NCBI RefSeq assembly: GCF_037042905.1
Contig: NC_087251.1
Location: 18,044,001-18,108,000, forward strand
Length of the DNA stretch: 64,000 nucleotides
Direction of reading: 5' to 3'
Origin: Lytechinus pictus
Taxonomy: Eukaryota
Part shown: positions 63,144-64,000 of the stretch, one piece after another
Layout of the letters: each line of letters opens with the position of its first letter
How positions within the stretch are numbered: position 1 is the first letter of the stretch
The notes under the pieces: model-generated
Databases searched by the model: none
The model's input: the letters and a program-made list of their open reading frames with translations, nothing else
What the model was told of the DNA's origin: nothing
Made by a program: the position numbers and the translations under genes

Positions 63144-64000
63144 CAGGGAGTTGGGAACTCCCTGCTTACACGCACACCCTTCCTTTGTACACAAACTCTT
63201 TCCCTTCAACTATATTCAAATGTTATGTAACACCATTGTATTTTGTGAATTGGTACAGAGAGAAGGTCTTAGGGGTCGTTAGGAGGGTTGAGCATTGTTT
63301 GTTGCCTACCTTGGTCTGGGTACAATTCATCATCATTAGTTTTGGATCTGTCTTGTATTTACTTTAGTATGCCAGCCAGCAGTCCTTGTGATACATGTAA
63401 ATGTGTAGACTGAGAATGAGATGTCTTTCTTCCAATTTATAGTGTTTAATGGCAGGAATTTCTTAGGATATGGGACAAAAGTGTTTTGGTGCAAGAGGAT
63501 GCAGAGTCTATGTATGTAAATGTACTGTAGTGTAGAAATAGAATTTAGATTTATATGTTTTCAATTACATTTACATTGACCAAAAATTAACCTGAAAATA
63601 CAGTTAAGTCTGTATATATGTAAATTGCATAGATGTTTAGGCACTTGTCGACCATAATATGCAAAACATGTAGGCCTACAGTATTAATTACGTGTACACC
63701 TTCTCAGTCGTACATGTATTCGGCCCAAGTCAAACAAGCCTCTGTGTTCCCAAGAGATTGAACCCAGACACATACTGTATAAGTATGAATCCCTTCACAC
63801 AAATCTTCATCCAGAATGTAGGCACATGCCCCTCCCCTCCCCCTCCCACATACTCAAAATTGGCATTGCTGCACATCTCTCCTGTTTTAAAATAAATGAG
63901 AGACACATGTACTCTGTTCATCCCCTGGTCTGAAAAGCTGTAACTGAATACCATAATTAAAGTGAATAATTGTGAACCTAAAGGAAACCCACTGTAAAAA

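Noticed and set aside
56061..64000. Further canonical SELENON exons, a Sec codon or a SECIS element
   Set aside because: I found no segment matching downstream SELENON motifs; the rest of the gene presumably lies beyond the window.

Overview
This is AT-rich eukaryotic (animal) genomic DNA. It is intron-rich and dense in non-autonomous DNA transposons; the repeat families resemble those of an invertebrate deuterostome such as a sea urchin (inference). Most entries in the ORF track are spurious. Reading splice sites by hand gives four protein-coding genes. (1) A complete 10-exon Rab32/38-family GTPase on the minus strand (28624->11792, 230 aa). Its P-loop GK depends on a 5-nt microexon, and it has His in place of the catalytic switch-II Gln. 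(2) ATP5S/DMAC2L on the plus strand (~39823-43143). (3) A complete 12-exon AP5M1 on the minus strand (55238->47442, ~570 aa) with an ~80-aa Ser/Thr/Pro-rich insert. (4) Coding exon 1 of selenoprotein N on the plus strand (55677-56060), head-to-head with AP5M1. The largest structural feature is a 9.17-kb foldback-type element (28739-37909). It has a perfect 9-bp target-site duplication and 2-2.7-kb inverted arms containing a ~70-bp satellite, and it sits 114 bp upstream of the Rab start codon. A candidate spliced antisense transcript lies inside SELENON intron 1. No prokaryotic systems, CRISPR arrays, rRNA or intact tRNA genes are supported, and I cannot claim a new biological system beyond these candidates.
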